Part shown: piece by piece, positions 1 to 12,378 of the stretch | Position numbering within the stretch: the first letter of the stretch is position 1 | Layout of the letters: every line of letters starts with the position of its first letter | Source of the DNA: a virus | Lineage: Duplodnaviria > Caudoviricetes | Reading direction: 5' to 3' (one strand) | DNA: 64,000 nucleotides | IMG/VR virus record: IMGVR_UViG_3300033073_000160 | Location: 1-64,000 of that record | Notes under the pieces: generated by a model | The model's input: only the letters and a program-made list of their open reading frames with translations | Database searches by the model: none | Told to the model about the DNA's origin: nothing | Made by a program: the position numbers and the translations under genes

Positions 1-2096
1 CGACATTTACTAATAACGCACCAGAAATTGTTCCTGTACAAAGTGCTATTCGTGGATACATTGACAAGCGTTTAGGTCTAGACCACGGTGGTGGCCCAAT
101 TGCTGCAAGTAACTTAGTTGGTCCCGGCTATATGGCGCTGAATGGTGCTCTAGCCATGAAGGGCAACATGAACCTTAACAGCTTTAAGATTATCAACTTG
201 GCTCCGCCAGTTGATACTACTGATGCTGCTACTAAGTTATACGTTGACAATTTAGTTGGTCAACACGACGAACTATCAGAATTATTAGACGTTGGAGTGT
301 TTACTCCTGTTAACGGCGACTTGGCTGCGTTTGTTGGCGGTAGCAAAGCAATGATTAGTGCAACAACTAGTGGAGATCTATCTTCAACTGTTACAATGGC
401 TGCTCCTACAACATTAGCTGTTGCAATTAATAGTTTGTTAGCCGTTGATGTTTCAACTATTACAGTTGCCAACGCCAGCGGTTTCCCAAGTGGCCCAGGT
501 TATATTAAAGTTGGTAACGAGATATTTGCTTACTCAACTGTAAACTATGGTGCTAATAGATTTGATGCTGTTACAAGATTGTCAACATTTGCCGACGGTC
601 AATTTGGTAGCTCAACTGGCAATACTGCGTCATTACACTCAGTAGGTGCTACAGTTATTAGTTTAGATTCTGCACAGGTTAATTTCCAAATTAATCCAAA
701 CGTAATTGTTAACGCAGACGTAAATTCTAATGCTGGCATTTTACAAAGCAAGCTGGCAATGAACGCAGCAACTACAAGAGCAAATGCTACATCAATTACA
801 CAAGCTGATTTAGGTCTTGCAAGTTTTGACTCTGCTAACTTTGACATTACCGACGGCTGGGTTGGAATTAAGGCAGGAGGTGTTGCACTAACTGAAATTC
901 AAAATATTGGTAACGGTAGTGTTTTAGCTAACTTCACCGGCGGATCAACATATCCGAGAGAAGTTACTGCTAGCGCTGTTTTAGATGCTGGTTTTAACTT
1001 GAAGTTTACAACCAATGCAGGTGCAGTTACTTACGGTGGAACAAGCGGTAGTGCTACAATTACAGCGGTTGCAACAGACGGAAGTCCGAACGCACTAGCC
1101 AAGTATGGCACAACTGGCGAACTAGATACTAAACAACTTAAAGTTGATGGATTTAAAACATTAGATACTGCATCTAACGTTCTTGAATTCTATGCTCCAG
1201 CAGGTTATAAGTTCTTAACTGCTAGCGGTTCGGGAATTGGTAACGCTGTTTCTAGCGCACTTGGAACATGGGACTTTACTGGCGGAACATTAAAAGCTAC
1301 TACAGTTACAACAGGTAGCGCTGCTACTGCCGGAACTATTACAGGTCAGTATGCAGTTCAGTCTAGCAGCCAGATTGATTTTAGTTTAGGCACATTAAAG
1401 TCAACAACATTAACTGCTGGTGCTGCGTCAACAAACGCAACGTTAACTGGACAATGGTCATTAGCTGCTTCAAGTCAGTTTGACACAACTAGCGGAACGT
1501 TAAAGAGTTCAACACTGACAACTGGTAGTGTAAGCTCAACTGGAACCATTACAGGTGCATGGAGTTTAAGCACAACAAGTAGTTTAACATTAGGCACTGG
1601 ATCAATTGATGCTAGAACTGGAACATTGTATAGCACTTCATTAAACGCAGGTTCAAGTAGCGCCACTGGAACTATCACAGGTAACTGGGGTATTAGTGGA
1701 CAACTAACTGCTACTTACGGTGCTGACGTTGCTGAATGGTATAGTGCCGATAAAGAATACGAGCCAGGAACTGTTCTAGTATTTGGTGGGGAGAAAGAAG
1801 TAACTACAACTTCAACTATCAACGATACTAGACTTGCAGGTGTAGTAACAACTAACCCGGCATATGTCATGAACGGACAATATGCAGAAGGTGGAGCTTG
1901 TATTGCACTAGCCGGACGCATTCCATGTAAGGTATTAGGCCGAATTAAGAAAGGTGATATGCTAACAACATCAGGAATCCCAGGAGTTGCTGTTAAAGCA
2001 CTTGATCCTAAGTTAGGCGCTATTCTTGGTAAAGCACTAGAAGATAAAGAAACAGGTGAAATATCTGTAATTGAAATTGCTGTTGGGAGAGCATAA
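1..2096 (+). CDS. Tail fibre/structural protein, 5'-truncated, with C-terminal intramolecular-chaperone (peptidase G2-like) domain
   Basis: Frame is open from nt 3 ([13 protein letters not shown]...) into the listed 132 Met. Gly/Ser/Thr-rich repeats. C-terminus [45 protein letters not shown] is typical of phage fibre chaperone domains. Confidence 0.75.
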   Translation, partial: TFTNNAPEIVPVQSAIRGYIDKRLGLDHGGGPIAASNLVGPGYMALNGALAMKGNMNLNSFKIINLAPPVDTTDAATKLYVDNLVGQHDELSELLDVGVFTPVNGDLAAFVGGSKAMISATTSGDLSSTVTMAAPTTLAVAINSLLAVDVSTITVANASGFPSGPGYIKVGNEIFAYSTVNYGANRFDAVTRLSTFADGQFGSSTGNTASLHSVGATVISLDSAQVNFQINPNVIVNADVNSNAGILQSKLAMNAATTRANATSITQADLGLASFDSANFDITDGWVGIKAGGVALTEIQNIGNGSVLANFTGGSTYPREVTASAVLDAGFNLKFTTNAGAVTYGGTSGSATITAVATDGSPNALAKYGTTGELDTKQLKVDGFKTLDTASNVLEFYAPAGYKFLTASGSGIGNAVSSALGTWDFTGGTLKATTVTTGSAATAGTITGQYAVQSSSQIDFSLGTLKSTTLTAGAASTNATLTGQWSLAASSQFDTTSGTLKSSTLTTGSVSSTGTITGAWSLSTTSSLTLGTGSIDARTGTLYSTSLNAGSSSATGTITGNWGISGQLTATYGADVAEWYSADKEYEPGTVLVFGGEKEVTTTSTINDTRLAGVVTTNPAYVMNGQYAEGGACIALAGRIPCKVLGRIKKGDMLTTSGIPGVAVKALDPKLGAILGKALEDKETGEISVIEIAVGRA

Positions 2097-5000
2097 TGGC
2101 TAGACAAATTATTAACATTGGTAGATCTGCAAACGATAAAACAGGTGACCCGTTAAGGGTTGCCTTTCGGAAAGTAAATGAAAACTTTGCTGAAATATAT
2201 GCAGGAGGGTTTGGCGGCGGTGAACCGGGGGCAGACGGTGCAAGTGCATATGAAATAGCAGTTGCCAATGGATTTGTCGGTAATGAAGTTGCATGGCTAG
2301 AAAGCCTAGTTGGGGCCACAGGTTCCGTTGGACCTACAGGGCCCGCAGGTGCTACAGGGGCAACTGGCGCTACAGGAGCAAAAGGCGACAAGGGCGATAC
2401 AGGGGCAACTGGCGCTACAGGAGCAACTGGACCTACAGGTGCTACAGGGGCAAAGGGCGACACTGGAAATTCTTTTAGAATAATTGGAACATACAGTGAT
2501 GGCAGATATACAAACGGGCCGTTTGGAACTGTAGCAGGACGAGCAGGCGATGCAATATTATATACAAATCCACCTGGGGACTTAGCGGTATGGGATACTG
2601 ATACAAGTCTTTGGGTAGTTCAAGGTAATATATTAGGACCACAAGGCGCTACCGGACCACAGGGCGCCACAGGTGCTACCGGACCTACGGGGGCAACTGG
2701 ACCACAAGGCGCCACAGGGGCAACTGGACCTACAGGTGCTACCGGACCTGCTGGAGCAGACGGGGCCACTGGACCTACAGGGGCAACTGGACCACAGGGC
2801 GCTACCGGACCACAAGGCGCTACAGGACCGGCAGGGGCACAAGGAACTCCCGGAGCAAAGGGCGACAAAGGAGACACTGGTGCTCAAGGTGTAAGTGTTA
2901 CACTACAAGGAACAAAGGCAACTATTGCCGATTTACCGGCAGCACCTGTTGATTGGAATACATTTGCCGGACACGGTTGGATTGTTACCACAGGTGACGG
3001 CCTAACACACTTAGATGGTAGCTTATGGTTCTGGAACTTAACAACGGGCGAGTGGAATGACGTTGGTCCAATTGTTGGGCCGCAAGGTGATGCTGGTCCG
3101 CAAGGACCTGCCGGCGCAACTGGTGCTACAGGACCACAGGGCGCTACAGGTGCCACGGGGCCAGCTGGTGCAGATGGTGCTACAGGTGCCACGGGGGCTA
3201 CAGGACCAGCAGGACCAACTGGAGCTACGGGACCTAAAGGGGATAAAGGCGATACTGGTGATACAGGACCAGCTGGTCCGACTGGGGCTACTGGACCTGC
3301 AGGGGCAGATGGTGCTACTGGTGCTACTGGGCCGAAGGGAGACAAAGGCGATACTGGTGATACAGGACCAGCCGGGGCAGATGGAATTTCAGCGGTATTT
3401 AATTTCCAAGGGGCATGGAACGACACCACGCAGTATGTAAAAAATGACGTTGTTACATACGCAGGATCAAGTTATGTTGCTACATCAACAACTATAGCTG
3501 CTGGTCCAAACACGCCTGACGCAAATCCCGGAGACTGGCAAGTAGTTGCTGAAAAAGGTGCAGCTGGTAATGATGCTAATACTGGTAATTTTACATTTTC
3601 TGGAGACACATTAACTGCTCCTAACAACGCATCTATAACTACTGCCGGCGGCCCAATTGATATTCGTGTTCCAACAAATGCTTTTGATCCTAATCCAGGA
3701 GATGTTCTATCAGGCGGACTTTATGTAAGCGGCTCACAAGTTACTTTATCATACAGTATAGCAAACCCATATGGTCCGGGCGGCCTACCTACATTTAAAC
3801 AGTGGGACTTTCATCCTATAAGTGGCGAGTTCCAGATGCCCGGCGGCATTAGATTCCCAGACGATACTGTTCAGAATAGTGCATTTAAAGGGTGGACTAT
3901 CGATGCTTCAAATCATCTAAATCCAATAACAGACAACTTACAAGACATCGGAACCCCAACTGCTCGTGTGCGTCACATTTATGTAGGTCCAGGTTCTGTT
4001 ACCATTGGTGACTCTGTTATTAGTGAATCTACTACAGGTAAACTAGTATTGCCAGGTGTTACTCGTGCTACTGCACTATTTGCTAACGAAGTTGAAGATA
4101 CCGGCGACCAAACATTTCAGTTTCTAGGATTACCGCGTCTTTTAGATAACACTGAGTTCTTAAATAGAAATGGACAATATGTTCCATCAGGAAATTATGT
4201 GGCCGCAGTATATGAAGCAGATTCATTAGATAACGATGGCTACATCGACGGCATTAGTGTAGTTTCCGGCGGCACATTTAATCAAACTGAAGCTGATAGT
4301 GCTCGTAATAATCAAATGTGGGCAAGCACTAATCCAAACGCATTTACTACCTGGAACGCAAACGACTGGTTCCAAATTCCATTTATTGTTCGTTCTAAAG
4401 CAAACGATGTTGAATATGAGTTCAACACAGGAGGTGGTGGTGGAGCAAGTAACTTATCAGAACTAGGCGATGTTGAAATTAGTGACCCCGCTGACGGGGA
4501 AGCACTAGTATGGGACGCTAACAGCGAAGCTTGGCGAAATCAAAGCCTAGGAAGTATTGCGGTTGATTTAAGCAATTATCAAGACACTACAAATGGAATT
4601 AGATTAGAAACTACTGTTGACTTTACAATTCTAACAGATGGTGTAACTGGTATTGACAGTAGTGAAAATACATTAGAACTATATTCTAATAATTCTCGCA
4701 TTATATGGAATGGCACTGATTTTAAATTGCCATCCGGTTCCGACATTACACGCGACGACGGTAATGGTAATTTTGTTAGTGTGCTAGGCGGAGGAGGCAA
4801 TGCCAACACAGCTAACTTCCAGTTCACTACAGGCAATATCGGTTACACAGGACAAGCAGAAGCGAGCTTTGGTAATATAAAAGCTAACCTAACACTTAAC
4901 GATAGCTATCCTAGTCTAAAGCTACAGGCTAACAGCACAAGAACTGCTAGTTTTAGTTCGCCTGCTTGGGCTGAAGCTGTTTGGTCTGATCAAAACGGTG

Positions 5001-6163
5001 GTGAGATTCAATTAGCTGGCATAGGCCCAGAATTACAAACTTGGGTCGAAGGACTAAGTCAATATGCTCGCGTGTATATCAATATTGACGGATTTACTAC
5101 ATCTTATAGCGGTGTCGGATACGGTGGCGGCAATGCTACTATATCTACATATGATGCACCTGAAAATGGTGATCAAGTCATTAGTGATCTCAGTTTTTCA
5201 GCAGAGTTTGAAAACAGATTAGTATTTGACGCAGACGAAGATGAATACGGAATCCGTTTAGCCGGTGATGATTTTAATATTCAAACTGGTGACAAGCGTT
5301 TTACATTTAGTTCTAACGGTGCTTTTAGATTACCGGCAGGCGGTGACATTTTAGACAGCAATGGTCAATCAGTGTTAGGCAGCGGTGGCGGAGTTGCTGG
5401 ATTAACAGGCGATACTAGTTTTACCCCGGCAGCTGAAGGCGACTTAAAATACTCACTGGATATCAATGGAGATATCAGACTACGCACATATCAACCAGGT
5501 TCTGGTGCAGAAGACTTTGGTCCTGGTATAGTATTAGGTGAGGCCGGAAATAGACATCGTAGTGGTGTAGTTGCTATTGGTATAGACGATGTTGGCTACA
5601 ACTCTAAGGCAAAGGGTGTGTATATTGGTTATGCCGCAGGTTGGAACGATACAGAAGATCCACAAGGCGAAAACGCTATTGCTATCGGTGCTAAGGCCGC
5701 ATATACATTTGCCTATGACAGAACTATTACACTAAATGCTACCGGAGAAAACTTAGACCCAGAGCAAGAAGATAGTCTATATATCAAACCTATCCGTGAA
5801 GAACAATACGACGATATTGCGCTTTATTATAATCCAACATCCGGTGAAGTAACTTATTCTGCTAACACCGGCGGTTCAGGTGTAATTATTAGTGAAACTG
5901 CTCCAGAGTCTGGAAAACTATGGTTTAATTCACAAGAAGCTCGTATGTATGTTAAGTATAACGAGCAGTGGGTTGATGCTAGTCCAACAGTTTTACCACC
6001 GCCAGATACTAACCCCACTCTAGAATCAGTAACATTTAACGATAATACGGTGCAGACAACTGCCTGGAAAGGCACATTTAGTTACAACGACCTAACAGAT
6101 AAGCCTATTACTAGCCTATTTGTAGGCGGTGGTAGCGCGGCTACATGGCTGACAGCAGAATAA
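2096..6163 (+). CDS. Collagen-like tail fibre protein
   Basis: N-terminal [26 protein letters not shown] (T4 gp9/gp10-like baseplate-attachment motif), three G-X-Y tracts, and a [20 protein letters not shown] carbohydrate-binding-like module. Confidence 0.8.
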   Translation: MARQIINIGRSANDKTGDPLRVAFRKVNENFAEIYAGGFGGGEPGADGASAYEIAVANGFVGNEVAWLESLVGATGSVGPTGPAGATGATGATGAKGDKGDTGATGATGATGPTGATGAKGDTGNSFRIIGTYSDGRYTNGPFGTVAGRAGDAILYTNPPGDLAVWDTDTSLWVVQGNILGPQGATGPQGATGATGPTGATGPQGATGATGPTGATGPAGADGATGPTGATGPQGATGPQGATGPAGAQGTPGAKGDKGDTGAQGVSVTLQGTKATIADLPAAPVDWNTFAGHGWIVTTGDGLTHLDGSLWFWNLTTGEWNDVGPIVGPQGDAGPQGPAGATGATGPQGATGATGPAGADGATGATGATGPAGPTGATGPKGDKGDTGDTGPAGPTGATGPAGADGATGATGPKGDKGDTGDTGPAGADGISAVFNFQGAWNDTTQYVKNDVVTYAGSSYVATSTTIAAGPNTPDANPGDWQVVAEKGAAGNDANTGNFTFSGDTLTAPNNASITTAGGPIDIRVPTNAFDPNPGDVLSGGLYVSGSQVTLSYSIANPYGPGGLPTFKQWDFHPISGEFQMPGGIRFPDDTVQNSAFKGWTIDASNHLNPITDNLQDIGTPTARVRHIYVGPGSVTIGDSVISESTTGKLVLPGVTRATALFANEVEDTGDQTFQFLGLPRLLDNTEFLNRNGQYVPSGNYVAAVYEADSLDNDGYIDGISVVSGGTFNQTEADSARNNQMWASTNPNAFTTWNANDWFQIPFIVRSKANDVEYEFNTGGGGGASNLSELGDVEISDPADGEALVWDANSEAWRNQSLGSIAVDLSNYQDTTNGIRLETTVDFTILTDGVTGIDSSENTLELYSNNSRIIWNGTDFKLPSGSDITRDDGNGNFVSVLGGGGNANTANFQFTTGNIGYTGQAEASFGNIKANLTLNDSYPSLKLQANSTRTASFSSPAWAEAVWSDQNGGEIQLAGIGPELQTWVEGLSQYARVYINIDGFTTSYSGVGYGGGNATISTYDAPENGDQVISDLSFSAEFENRLVFDADEDEYGIRLAGDDFNIQTGDKRFTFSSNGAFRLPAGGDILDSNGQSVLGSGGGVAGLTGDTSFTPAAEGDLKYSLDINGDIRLRTYQPGSGAEDFGPGIVLGEAGNRHRSGVVAIGIDDVGYNSKAKGVYIGYAAGWNDTEDPQGENAIAIGAKAAYTFAYDRTITLNATGENLDPEQEDSLYIKPIREEQYDDIALYYNPTSGEVTYSANTGGSGVIISETAPESGKLWFNSQEARMYVKYNEQWVDASPTVLPPPDTNPTLESVTFNDNTVQTTAWKGTFSYNDLTDKPITSLFVGGGSAATWLTAE
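2310..3390 (+). repeat. Coding collagen (Gly-X-Y)n repeats: GAT/GPT/GPQ/GDK triplets in three tracts
   Basis: Near-identical DNA units such as ggggcaactggaccacaaggcgc; boundaries approximate. Confidence 0.9.
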
Positions 6164-6170
6164 GGTAAAT

Positions 6171-6371
6171 ATGATTATGGCGATAACATTTCCCACAGAT
6201 CCAGCTCTAGGGCAGGAATTTTTAGCAGACAACGGTGTTACATACAATTGGATGGGCACCTATTGGTCTAACGCTGTTCCTACAGCGGCGGGCACAGCAT
6301 TTTATACAGCAGTTGGCGGTTCGGCTGCTACAGAAACATTTAACAACACCCTAGACGGTGGACACGCATAA
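6171..6371 (+). CDS. Small virion-associated hypothetical protein (start may be 6177)
   Basis: 66-aa ORF filling the gap between fibre genes; AITFPTDPALGQ motif resembles fibre modules. Confidence 0.6.
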   Translation: MIMAITFPTDPALGQEFLADNGVTYNWMGTYWSNAVPTAAGTAFYTAVGGSAATETFNNTLDGGHA

Positions 6372-6380
6372 GGATGAAAA

Positions 6381-9300
6381 ATGACAACTAGAATTAAACT
6401 ACGCAGAGATACAGCCGCTAACTGGCTATCAGCAAATCCAATCTTGGCCGCAGGTGAACCAGGTCTAGAAACAGACACTGGCAAGATCAAATACGGTGAC
6501 GGTGTAACAGCCTATAGCTTACTACCACATGCCGGCGGTGATTTGCTATCCAACGATGCTGCTATTACAGTTCAAGCAGGCGATGCTACTAAGTGGTTAG
6601 CTGAGATGGCCCGCACTGAAGACTGGCAGGGCAACTCTTATCAGGGCATTACTGCTAATTGTGCGATCTATGACAATGCGGGCAATATTATCGTCGTAGG
6701 GGGCATCGACCAATCTGTTGTCACAAACTTGTTTGTGGCCAAATATACCCCAGCAGGCGTTTGTGTATGGAAAAAATCATTCGTTGAAATATCCAATAAT
6801 ATTCAAGTCTATTTAGAAAATGGTATTGCTATTGACAGCAACGACAACATTATCATCAGTTTTGCATACAACGCACCCGGTTTTAGCTTACTCAAGATTG
6901 ACGCCGATGGCAATTCCGTATGGGAAAGAAACTATGCCAGCAATGAGCCTTCTACTGTAATCTCGGGTATCGCGGTTGATAGCAATGACCACATTTTTAT
7001 GACCACATGGGTGGCAAACGAAAATGGTAGAATAGGTATTACTAAAATCAATAACACTACAGGTTCTATAATTTGGAGTAAATTCCTAGGTAACCTGGGA
7101 GTTAAATGGGCAGAAGCAGCCGGTTGTGCTGTTGATTATCTAGGCAACGTTATTATCTGTGGTTATCAAGAAACTGTTAATGAGCAGGCTTCAGCAGATA
7201 TTGTTGTGGCCAAGATTGACAATGATGGCAACTTAGTATGGAAGAAGACGGCTATAATGCCTGATTCAGCAAAAGATCTCAAATATGTCAATCCATCCAA
7301 CGTTCAAACAGACGCACTGGGCAACATCTACATCACTGGTAACTATACTGTTGAAAGTCCAGCACAAGATAGTTTTGGACAATTCAAGATAACCTCAGCA
7401 GTTTATGTGGCTAAACTAAACACCGCTGGCGTAGTTCAATGGGCTCGCCGCGCTGGGCCAGGCCCTTGCGATTGGACTGGTTTAAGTGTCACAGTAGGCG
7501 CAGATGGCGACCTATACCTGTCAGCCGCTACGATTACTCGCGCATGGGGCGAAGGTGCTCTAGGTGATAATAAAAACTACGAAAAGGGTGACTACGAGCA
7601 CAACCTAGTTATTGCTCGTTACACAAGCGCAACAGGTGATGTAGTATGGCAAAAGTATTTTAACAACGAACACAAACAGATCTTTGCAGGTGGAAATGGT
7701 GAATTTGGTGCTGCAGGCAATCGCAGTATTGACATTATAGATGACAAGTTTGTGATCTGCGGTGCTAGTCAGGCAGCAGAAGACACCGGCAATAATCGTC
7801 AATCAAATAGTTTCAGCACAGCATGGGTAGCGCAGTTGAGCACAGAAAGTGGTGTTGATTTTGACCTAGGCGGGTTTAGCTTTGTAGACAGCCGTGTGCC
7901 AGGTAAGAAGATCAACATGACTACTACTGCCAACACAGATCTAAGTTTAAGCAACGGCGACTTTACTGTTGCCGATGGTAGCGACGTCAACGAAATGATC
8001 GAAGCTCCGATCTCAACTCGCACAATCCGTAGTAAGTCACACACTTGGACCTTTGACAGTGAAGGCACATTAAAGGCTCCTGCAGAAGGCAACATTGTCC
8101 TAGATCAAACAGAACTAGGCTATGTGAATTTTATTGGATATGAATATAACGATGAAAGCGATATTTGGCTACAGTCAGTGGTAGCCGACGCAGATGGCTA
8201 TACTTATGCTGTCGGTGCTGACTCATGGAATACACGCAGAACTACAATCTACAAGTTTGATCCTACAGGTAAGACTGTATGGGCCGTTCAACTACACTCA
8301 GGTAGTGGTGCCCAGTTTGATCTCAATAAAGACAACGGTGTATATACCATCACTAACCTGTCCAACAGTGGTAATCACTACAAGGTAGGCGATACAGTTC
8401 GTATTTCGGGAGGGGACCTTAACGGTTCTAGCCCAGAGAACGATCTAGTTATTGAAGTTCTAACTGTGGATAATTTCTTTGGCAATATTCAAACTTATGA
8501 AATTCAAAGCGGTGTAGCAAGTGCAGGTTATAGCGACTTCTATAACCAACAAGACTACAACGATGACGGCGAAAGCAGACCAAGTTCAATCACCATTGAT
8601 CCAGCAACTGGTAATCTAGTGATCGTTGGTGAACAGTATGTGTGGGACGGCGGCAATACTAGCGTGATCACAGTGATGGTAGACAGTGAAAGCGGTGCCG
8701 TGCTTAATACCAGCGAACTACACTATGCTGGTCGAGATATGTATCCGTATGATGTTCAGGTCAACTCAGCAGGATCACCGGCTATTGTTGGACAAAGTTA
8801 TGGTGAAATAAAGAATATAGCTTCTATTGATCCAGAATCTTCAAGCAGTCTAGGATACATGATTGTAGGCAAAGAATCTATCACCACTGCTGAAGGTAAT
8901 ACCGCAGGCGTATATCCGGGCCACCTTGACAATGGCAGTGATTGGTATGTAACTGGCACAGGTATTACAGGTCGTGCTTATATTCAAGGCAAGAACAAAT
9001 ACTATAATATTCCAATGACTGTGACAGTAGGTCAGGGAACTCCTACATTTGATATTACAGGCAGTGGCGGTAGTTATACTAACCCTGTTGTAACTAATGG
9101 TGGAACAGGTGGATACCTAGTTGGACACAGATTAAAGATCTTAGGTTCGACCCTGTTTGGTGTTGATGGCACAAACGATGCCATACTAGAAGTGTCGAGT
9201 GTAGATGCCGGCGTTATTACTGGTGTAACTGTTGTTAGTGGAACATCAGCCGGTGATGCAGCTTATGTGAATGTGACAGCAACTAACTACCAAACAGGTA

Positions 9301-10982
9301 GTGGTGGCACAGTTACTCTGAATTTTGACGCAGAAACTGGCCAACTCTATGGCTATGACCTAACTACCAACGGTGACAACTATACATACGGTGACATACT
9401 AACAGTTGCGGGCACCGCATTTGCTGGTGGAACAAGCCCAGCAAACGATATCACATTGAGTGTGAATTGGACCAGCTATGGTGGCGCGGGCACACGCGGC
9501 CCTATTCAAGGTCTTGCATTGGGCAATGCCCCTGCTATCAGCACAGAGTGGCTAAGCATGGAGATTCAAGGTTACTCATCAACTGACTTTACTGGAGCTG
9601 GCACATGGACATTGAGCCAAGGCCTACAAGGTGAAGCGTTTATTTGGACTCCTGAGTTCCAGAAGGTATTTGGCGGATTCAACAACGACTGGTTTACAGC
9701 AGTTGCTTGGCAAGGCACTAACACAATCTTTGCCGGCGGAACATCATGGAACTACAGTGACGAAAGAGATGAACCCCTGATTGTTAAAATGGCAGCAGAT
9801 GGCACAGTGGCTTGGAAGAAGAAACTAGTCCATGCTGATTATGCCGGTAACAATTTCAACGTTCGTCACATTGCCGCTGATGCCAACGGTGTGGTAGTCA
9901 TTGGTCAGTGCTATGATACTGACATCAACGCCGATCCAGCAATCATGTTCAAGTTAGACAACGCAGGGGACATAGTATGGCACAAACATATTCGCATGTG
10001 GGATAGTAGTCCAAATGACATTACCCTAGCTATTGATCCAGCTACGGGCGATATCCTTACTGCTATCAGTGCTTATAACAACTCAGTTGATTGGAACATT
10101 ATCTATCTAAACAAGTTCGATCAAGATGGCAACATCTTGTGGAAGAGAAAACTTTACTCAGCGGGCGGCGATGGTTTTAACGAAGATAATGGTAATCGAT
10201 CCCTACATATCGCAGGCGACAGTTTCTACTTAGCAGGCGACACATATTGGATGATGGACTATGCTCAAAACGCATTTGCGGCTCGCTTGCCATTGGATGG
10301 CACCGGCATTGGTGAATGGGGCATTTGGTCATACGAAGAAAACGATGACAACAATGTTAGAACCTATGACAAACTAGGTGAAACTACAACTTCTAACTCA
10401 GGTGTAGAAGTTCAAGTTAGCACTAGCATTTCAACTGAGAATACTCGCTACTTCTATACTGATTGGCCGGTTGATCCATTCCCAGTCATTAATCAAGTAG
10501 TTCGTGACGAAAAGGGTGGGGCTATTGTATTCCCAGATGGCACACGACAAACAACTAGTGCGGCCATTAGCCAACAGGTCAAGATAGGTCGTGAATACAC
10601 TATTACTCCTAATGACAGCGGAGCACATATCTTTATTGATCCGTCACACAGTGATGGCAATGCTTATGTGTATATTCCATATTGGGAGTTTGTCAAACTG
10701 CCAGTGGGCTTTAAGTTTACCATTATCAACGCTAGCAATAACAACTGCTACATTCAAATTCAGGGTGGACCTAATTCTACTGGTCAAATTTACGGTAATA
10801 GTAGTCGTGGCCAAGGCTCATACGAAGAATGGTATATCCAAGGCAGTGGCGGATACGCTAACTCAGTTGATTTAATCAAGGTTAGAGAAGGCTTCAATGA
10901 TACTTGGCTCAATGAAGGCGATATGTGGGTCATCCGCGGTGAGAGCGGTCCTAACGGTGACTACTACTGGTCTAACTGGTAA
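6381..10982 (+). CDS. Large receptor-binding/tail protein with Mtd-like N-terminus and beta-propeller repeats
   Basis: MTTRIKLRRDTAANW..NPILAAGEPGLETDTGKIKYGDG N-terminal module; many repeats of the type (I/V)AxDxxGNI...K(I/F)DxxGNxxWxK. Confidence 0.8.
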   Translation: MTTRIKLRRDTAANWLSANPILAAGEPGLETDTGKIKYGDGVTAYSLLPHAGGDLLSNDAAITVQAGDATKWLAEMARTEDWQGNSYQGITANCAIYDNAGNIIVVGGIDQSVVTNLFVAKYTPAGVCVWKKSFVEISNNIQVYLENGIAIDSNDNIIISFAYNAPGFSLLKIDADGNSVWERNYASNEPSTVISGIAVDSNDHIFMTTWVANENGRIGITKINNTTGSIIWSKFLGNLGVKWAEAAGCAVDYLGNVIICGYQETVNEQASADIVVAKIDNDGNLVWKKTAIMPDSAKDLKYVNPSNVQTDALGNIYITGNYTVESPAQDSFGQFKITSAVYVAKLNTAGVVQWARRAGPGPCDWTGLSVTVGADGDLYLSAATITRAWGEGALGDNKNYEKGDYEHNLVIARYTSATGDVVWQKYFNNEHKQIFAGGNGEFGAAGNRSIDIIDDKFVICGASQAAEDTGNNRQSNSFSTAWVAQLSTESGVDFDLGGFSFVDSRVPGKKINMTTTANTDLSLSNGDFTVADGSDVNEMIEAPISTRTIRSKSHTWTFDSEGTLKAPAEGNIVLDQTELGYVNFIGYEYNDESDIWLQSVVADADGYTYAVGADSWNTRRTTIYKFDPTGKTVWAVQLHSGSGAQFDLNKDNGVYTITNLSNSGNHYKVGDTVRISGGDLNGSSPENDLVIEVLTVDNFFGNIQTYEIQSGVASAGYSDFYNQQDYNDDGESRPSSITIDPATGNLVIVGEQYVWDGGNTSVITVMVDSESGAVLNTSELHYAGRDMYPYDVQVNSAGSPAIVGQSYGEIKNIASIDPESSSSLGYMIVGKESITTAEGNTAGVYPGHLDNGSDWYVTGTGITGRAYIQGKNKYYNIPMTVTVGQGTPTFDITGSGGSYTNPVVTNGGTGGYLVGHRLKILGSTLFGVDGTNDAILEVSSVDAGVITGVTVVSGTSAGDAAYVNVTATNYQTGSGGTVTLNFDAETGQLYGYDLTTNGDNYTYGDILTVAGTAFAGGTSPANDITLSVNWTSYGGAGTRGPIQGLALGNAPAISTEWLSMEIQGYSSTDFTGAGTWTLSQGLQGEAFIWTPEFQKVFGGFNNDWFTAVAWQGTNTIFAGGTSWNYSDERDEPLIVKMAADGTVAWKKKLVHADYAGNNFNVRHIAADANGVVVIGQCYDTDINADPAIMFKLDNAGDIVWHKHIRMWDSSPNDITLAIDPATGDILTAISAYNNSVDWNIIYLNKFDQDGNILWKRKLYSAGGDGFNEDNGNRSLHIAGDSFYLAGDTYWMMDYAQNAFAARLPLDGTGIGEWGIWSYEENDDNNVRTYDKLGETTTSNSGVEVQVSTSISTENTRYFYTDWPVDPFPVINQVVRDEKGGAIVFPDGTRQTTSAAISQQVKIGREYTITPNDSGAHIFIDPSHSDGNAYVYIPYWEFVKLPVGFKFTIINASNNNCYIQIQGGPNSTGQIYGNSSRGQGSYEEWYIQGSGGYANSVDLIKVREGFNDTWLNEGDMWVIRGESGPNGDYYWSNW

Positions 10983-10987
10983 TCAAC

Positions 10988-11818
10988 ATGGCTTATAGAT
11001 TATTAGAATCATTAGGCCCACAAGGCGATAAAGGCGATCCCGGACCGAGAGGTCCGCAAGGAGAACAAGGGCCGCAAGGCCCTGTTGGTCCACAGGGTGA
11101 GCGCGGAGAAAAAGGCGACCGTGGGGATCAAGGTCCTCCCGGTGAAGTTATCACAGTAGAAGGTAAAGTTGTAACTGGTCCACAAGGAGTGCAAGGTGAA
11201 CGAGGCGAACAAGGTCCTGCTGGTCAGGACGGCAAAGATGGTAAAGATGGTGCCGACGGACGAGATGGGCTTCCAGGCCGAGACGGTGTCGATGGCAAAG
11301 ACGGACTTCCAGGAGAAATGGGTCCGCAAGGCCCAGCCGGAGTTCAAGGCCCTAAAGGTGAAACAGGTGCTCAAGGTCCCGCAGGACCAGCTGGTAAAGA
11401 TGGTAGTATCGGCCCCGCAGGTCCGCAAGGTCCGGCAGGACCCGGTCCTGTAGCATACAAAGGTGTATGCGTAGACGACGGTGTTCCAGTGCAATTAGAC
11501 AACATCATAGTTCAAATGTCAACCAGCGGCAGTCGTAGTTTACAGTTTAAAGTTGCAACCGGCACATTAAATGTTAGAATTTCAGGAGAGATTTACTGGT
11601 CTAACGGTAACTGGGCAGGTAACTATGGTGCTAGCTATTGGAACGGTGATACCCTGAACACTAATTGGCAACAGATATTTGGCTGGAGTTTTCCATGGGA
11701 AGGCGACAAAGCAACTTATCATGTAATAGATAGGTCTAACAAACGTTTGTATAGAATTACTCTAATCATTGGCGGTGGCTACAAAAACAACTTCATCGTA
11801 ATGGAACGATTAGTTTAA
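10988..11818 (+). CDS. Collagen-like fibre protein
   Basis: Long G-X-Y tract (about 11012-11450) followed by a Trp-rich globular C-terminal domain. Confidence 0.8.
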   Translation: MAYRLLESLGPQGDKGDPGPRGPQGEQGPQGPVGPQGERGEKGDRGDQGPPGEVITVEGKVVTGPQGVQGERGEQGPAGQDGKDGKDGADGRDGLPGRDGVDGKDGLPGEMGPQGPAGVQGPKGETGAQGPAGPAGKDGSIGPAGPQGPAGPGPVAYKGVCVDDGVPVQLDNIIVQMSTSGSRSLQFKVATGTLNVRISGEIYWSNGNWAGNYGASYWNGDTLNTNWQQIFGWSFPWEGDKATYHVIDRSNKRLYRITLIIGGGYKNNFIVMERLV

Positions 11819-11845
11819 CGGTAAATACACTAAAGAGAATATAAC

Positions 11846-12361
11846 ATGGCATTTACAATACCAACAGAACTGCAATTAAACCTAGGTAGCTATCCCAATG
11901 ACGGCACGGGTGACGATTTATATACTGCTTTTACTAAAGTAAAAGGTAGCATTGATCTAATCAGCGGAGGTATTGATGCAGTTACAGGTCAAAACTTAGG
12001 ACTAGGAACTAAAATCTATGTCGACAATACGTCAAATGTATTGCAATTTAAGACATTAACTAGTAACAATTTAACAATTACTAATACAACAAATACAGTA
12101 AACATTGAAGGGTTGGGCGAATTAGCTGACGATACTAGCCCGAGACTCGGCGGAACACTAAGTTTAAACACTCATGGTATTACCGGAACAGGTAGTATTA
12201 TTATTACAGGTAATATAGATACACTCGCTGGAACATATAATGGTGTTAATATCCAAGAATTACGAGATATTGTTTATGCAGGAAGTGGAAGCGGTGGGGA
12301 TGTAGACTTTGGCACATTTGATACGCCGCGGCCCGGTGATACAGATTTCGGGTCATTCTAA
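11846..12361 (+). CDS. Short baseplate/fibre protein
   Basis: NLGSYPNDGTGDDLYTAFTK motif shared with the 2096 protein; upstream TAAATA. Confidence 0.7.
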   Translation: MAFTIPTELQLNLGSYPNDGTGDDLYTAFTKVKGSIDLISGGIDAVTGQNLGLGTKIYVDNTSNVLQFKTLTSNNLTITNTTNTVNIEGLGELADDTSPRLGGTLSLNTHGITGTGSIIITGNIDTLAGTYNGVNIQELRDIVYAGSGSGGDVDFGTFDTPRPGDTDFGSF

Positions 12362-12378
12362 GAATTCAGGAGATATAA

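Noticed and set aside
2310-3390. Short direct repeats resembling a CRISPR or tandem array
   Set aside because: In-frame collagen coding repeats without unique spacers; no cas genes
2020-3440. Long minus-strand and alternate-frame ORFs (PVAPVGP...) over the collagen tracts
   Set aside because: Shadows of stop-poor Gly-X-Y codon repeats, with no SD or promoter support
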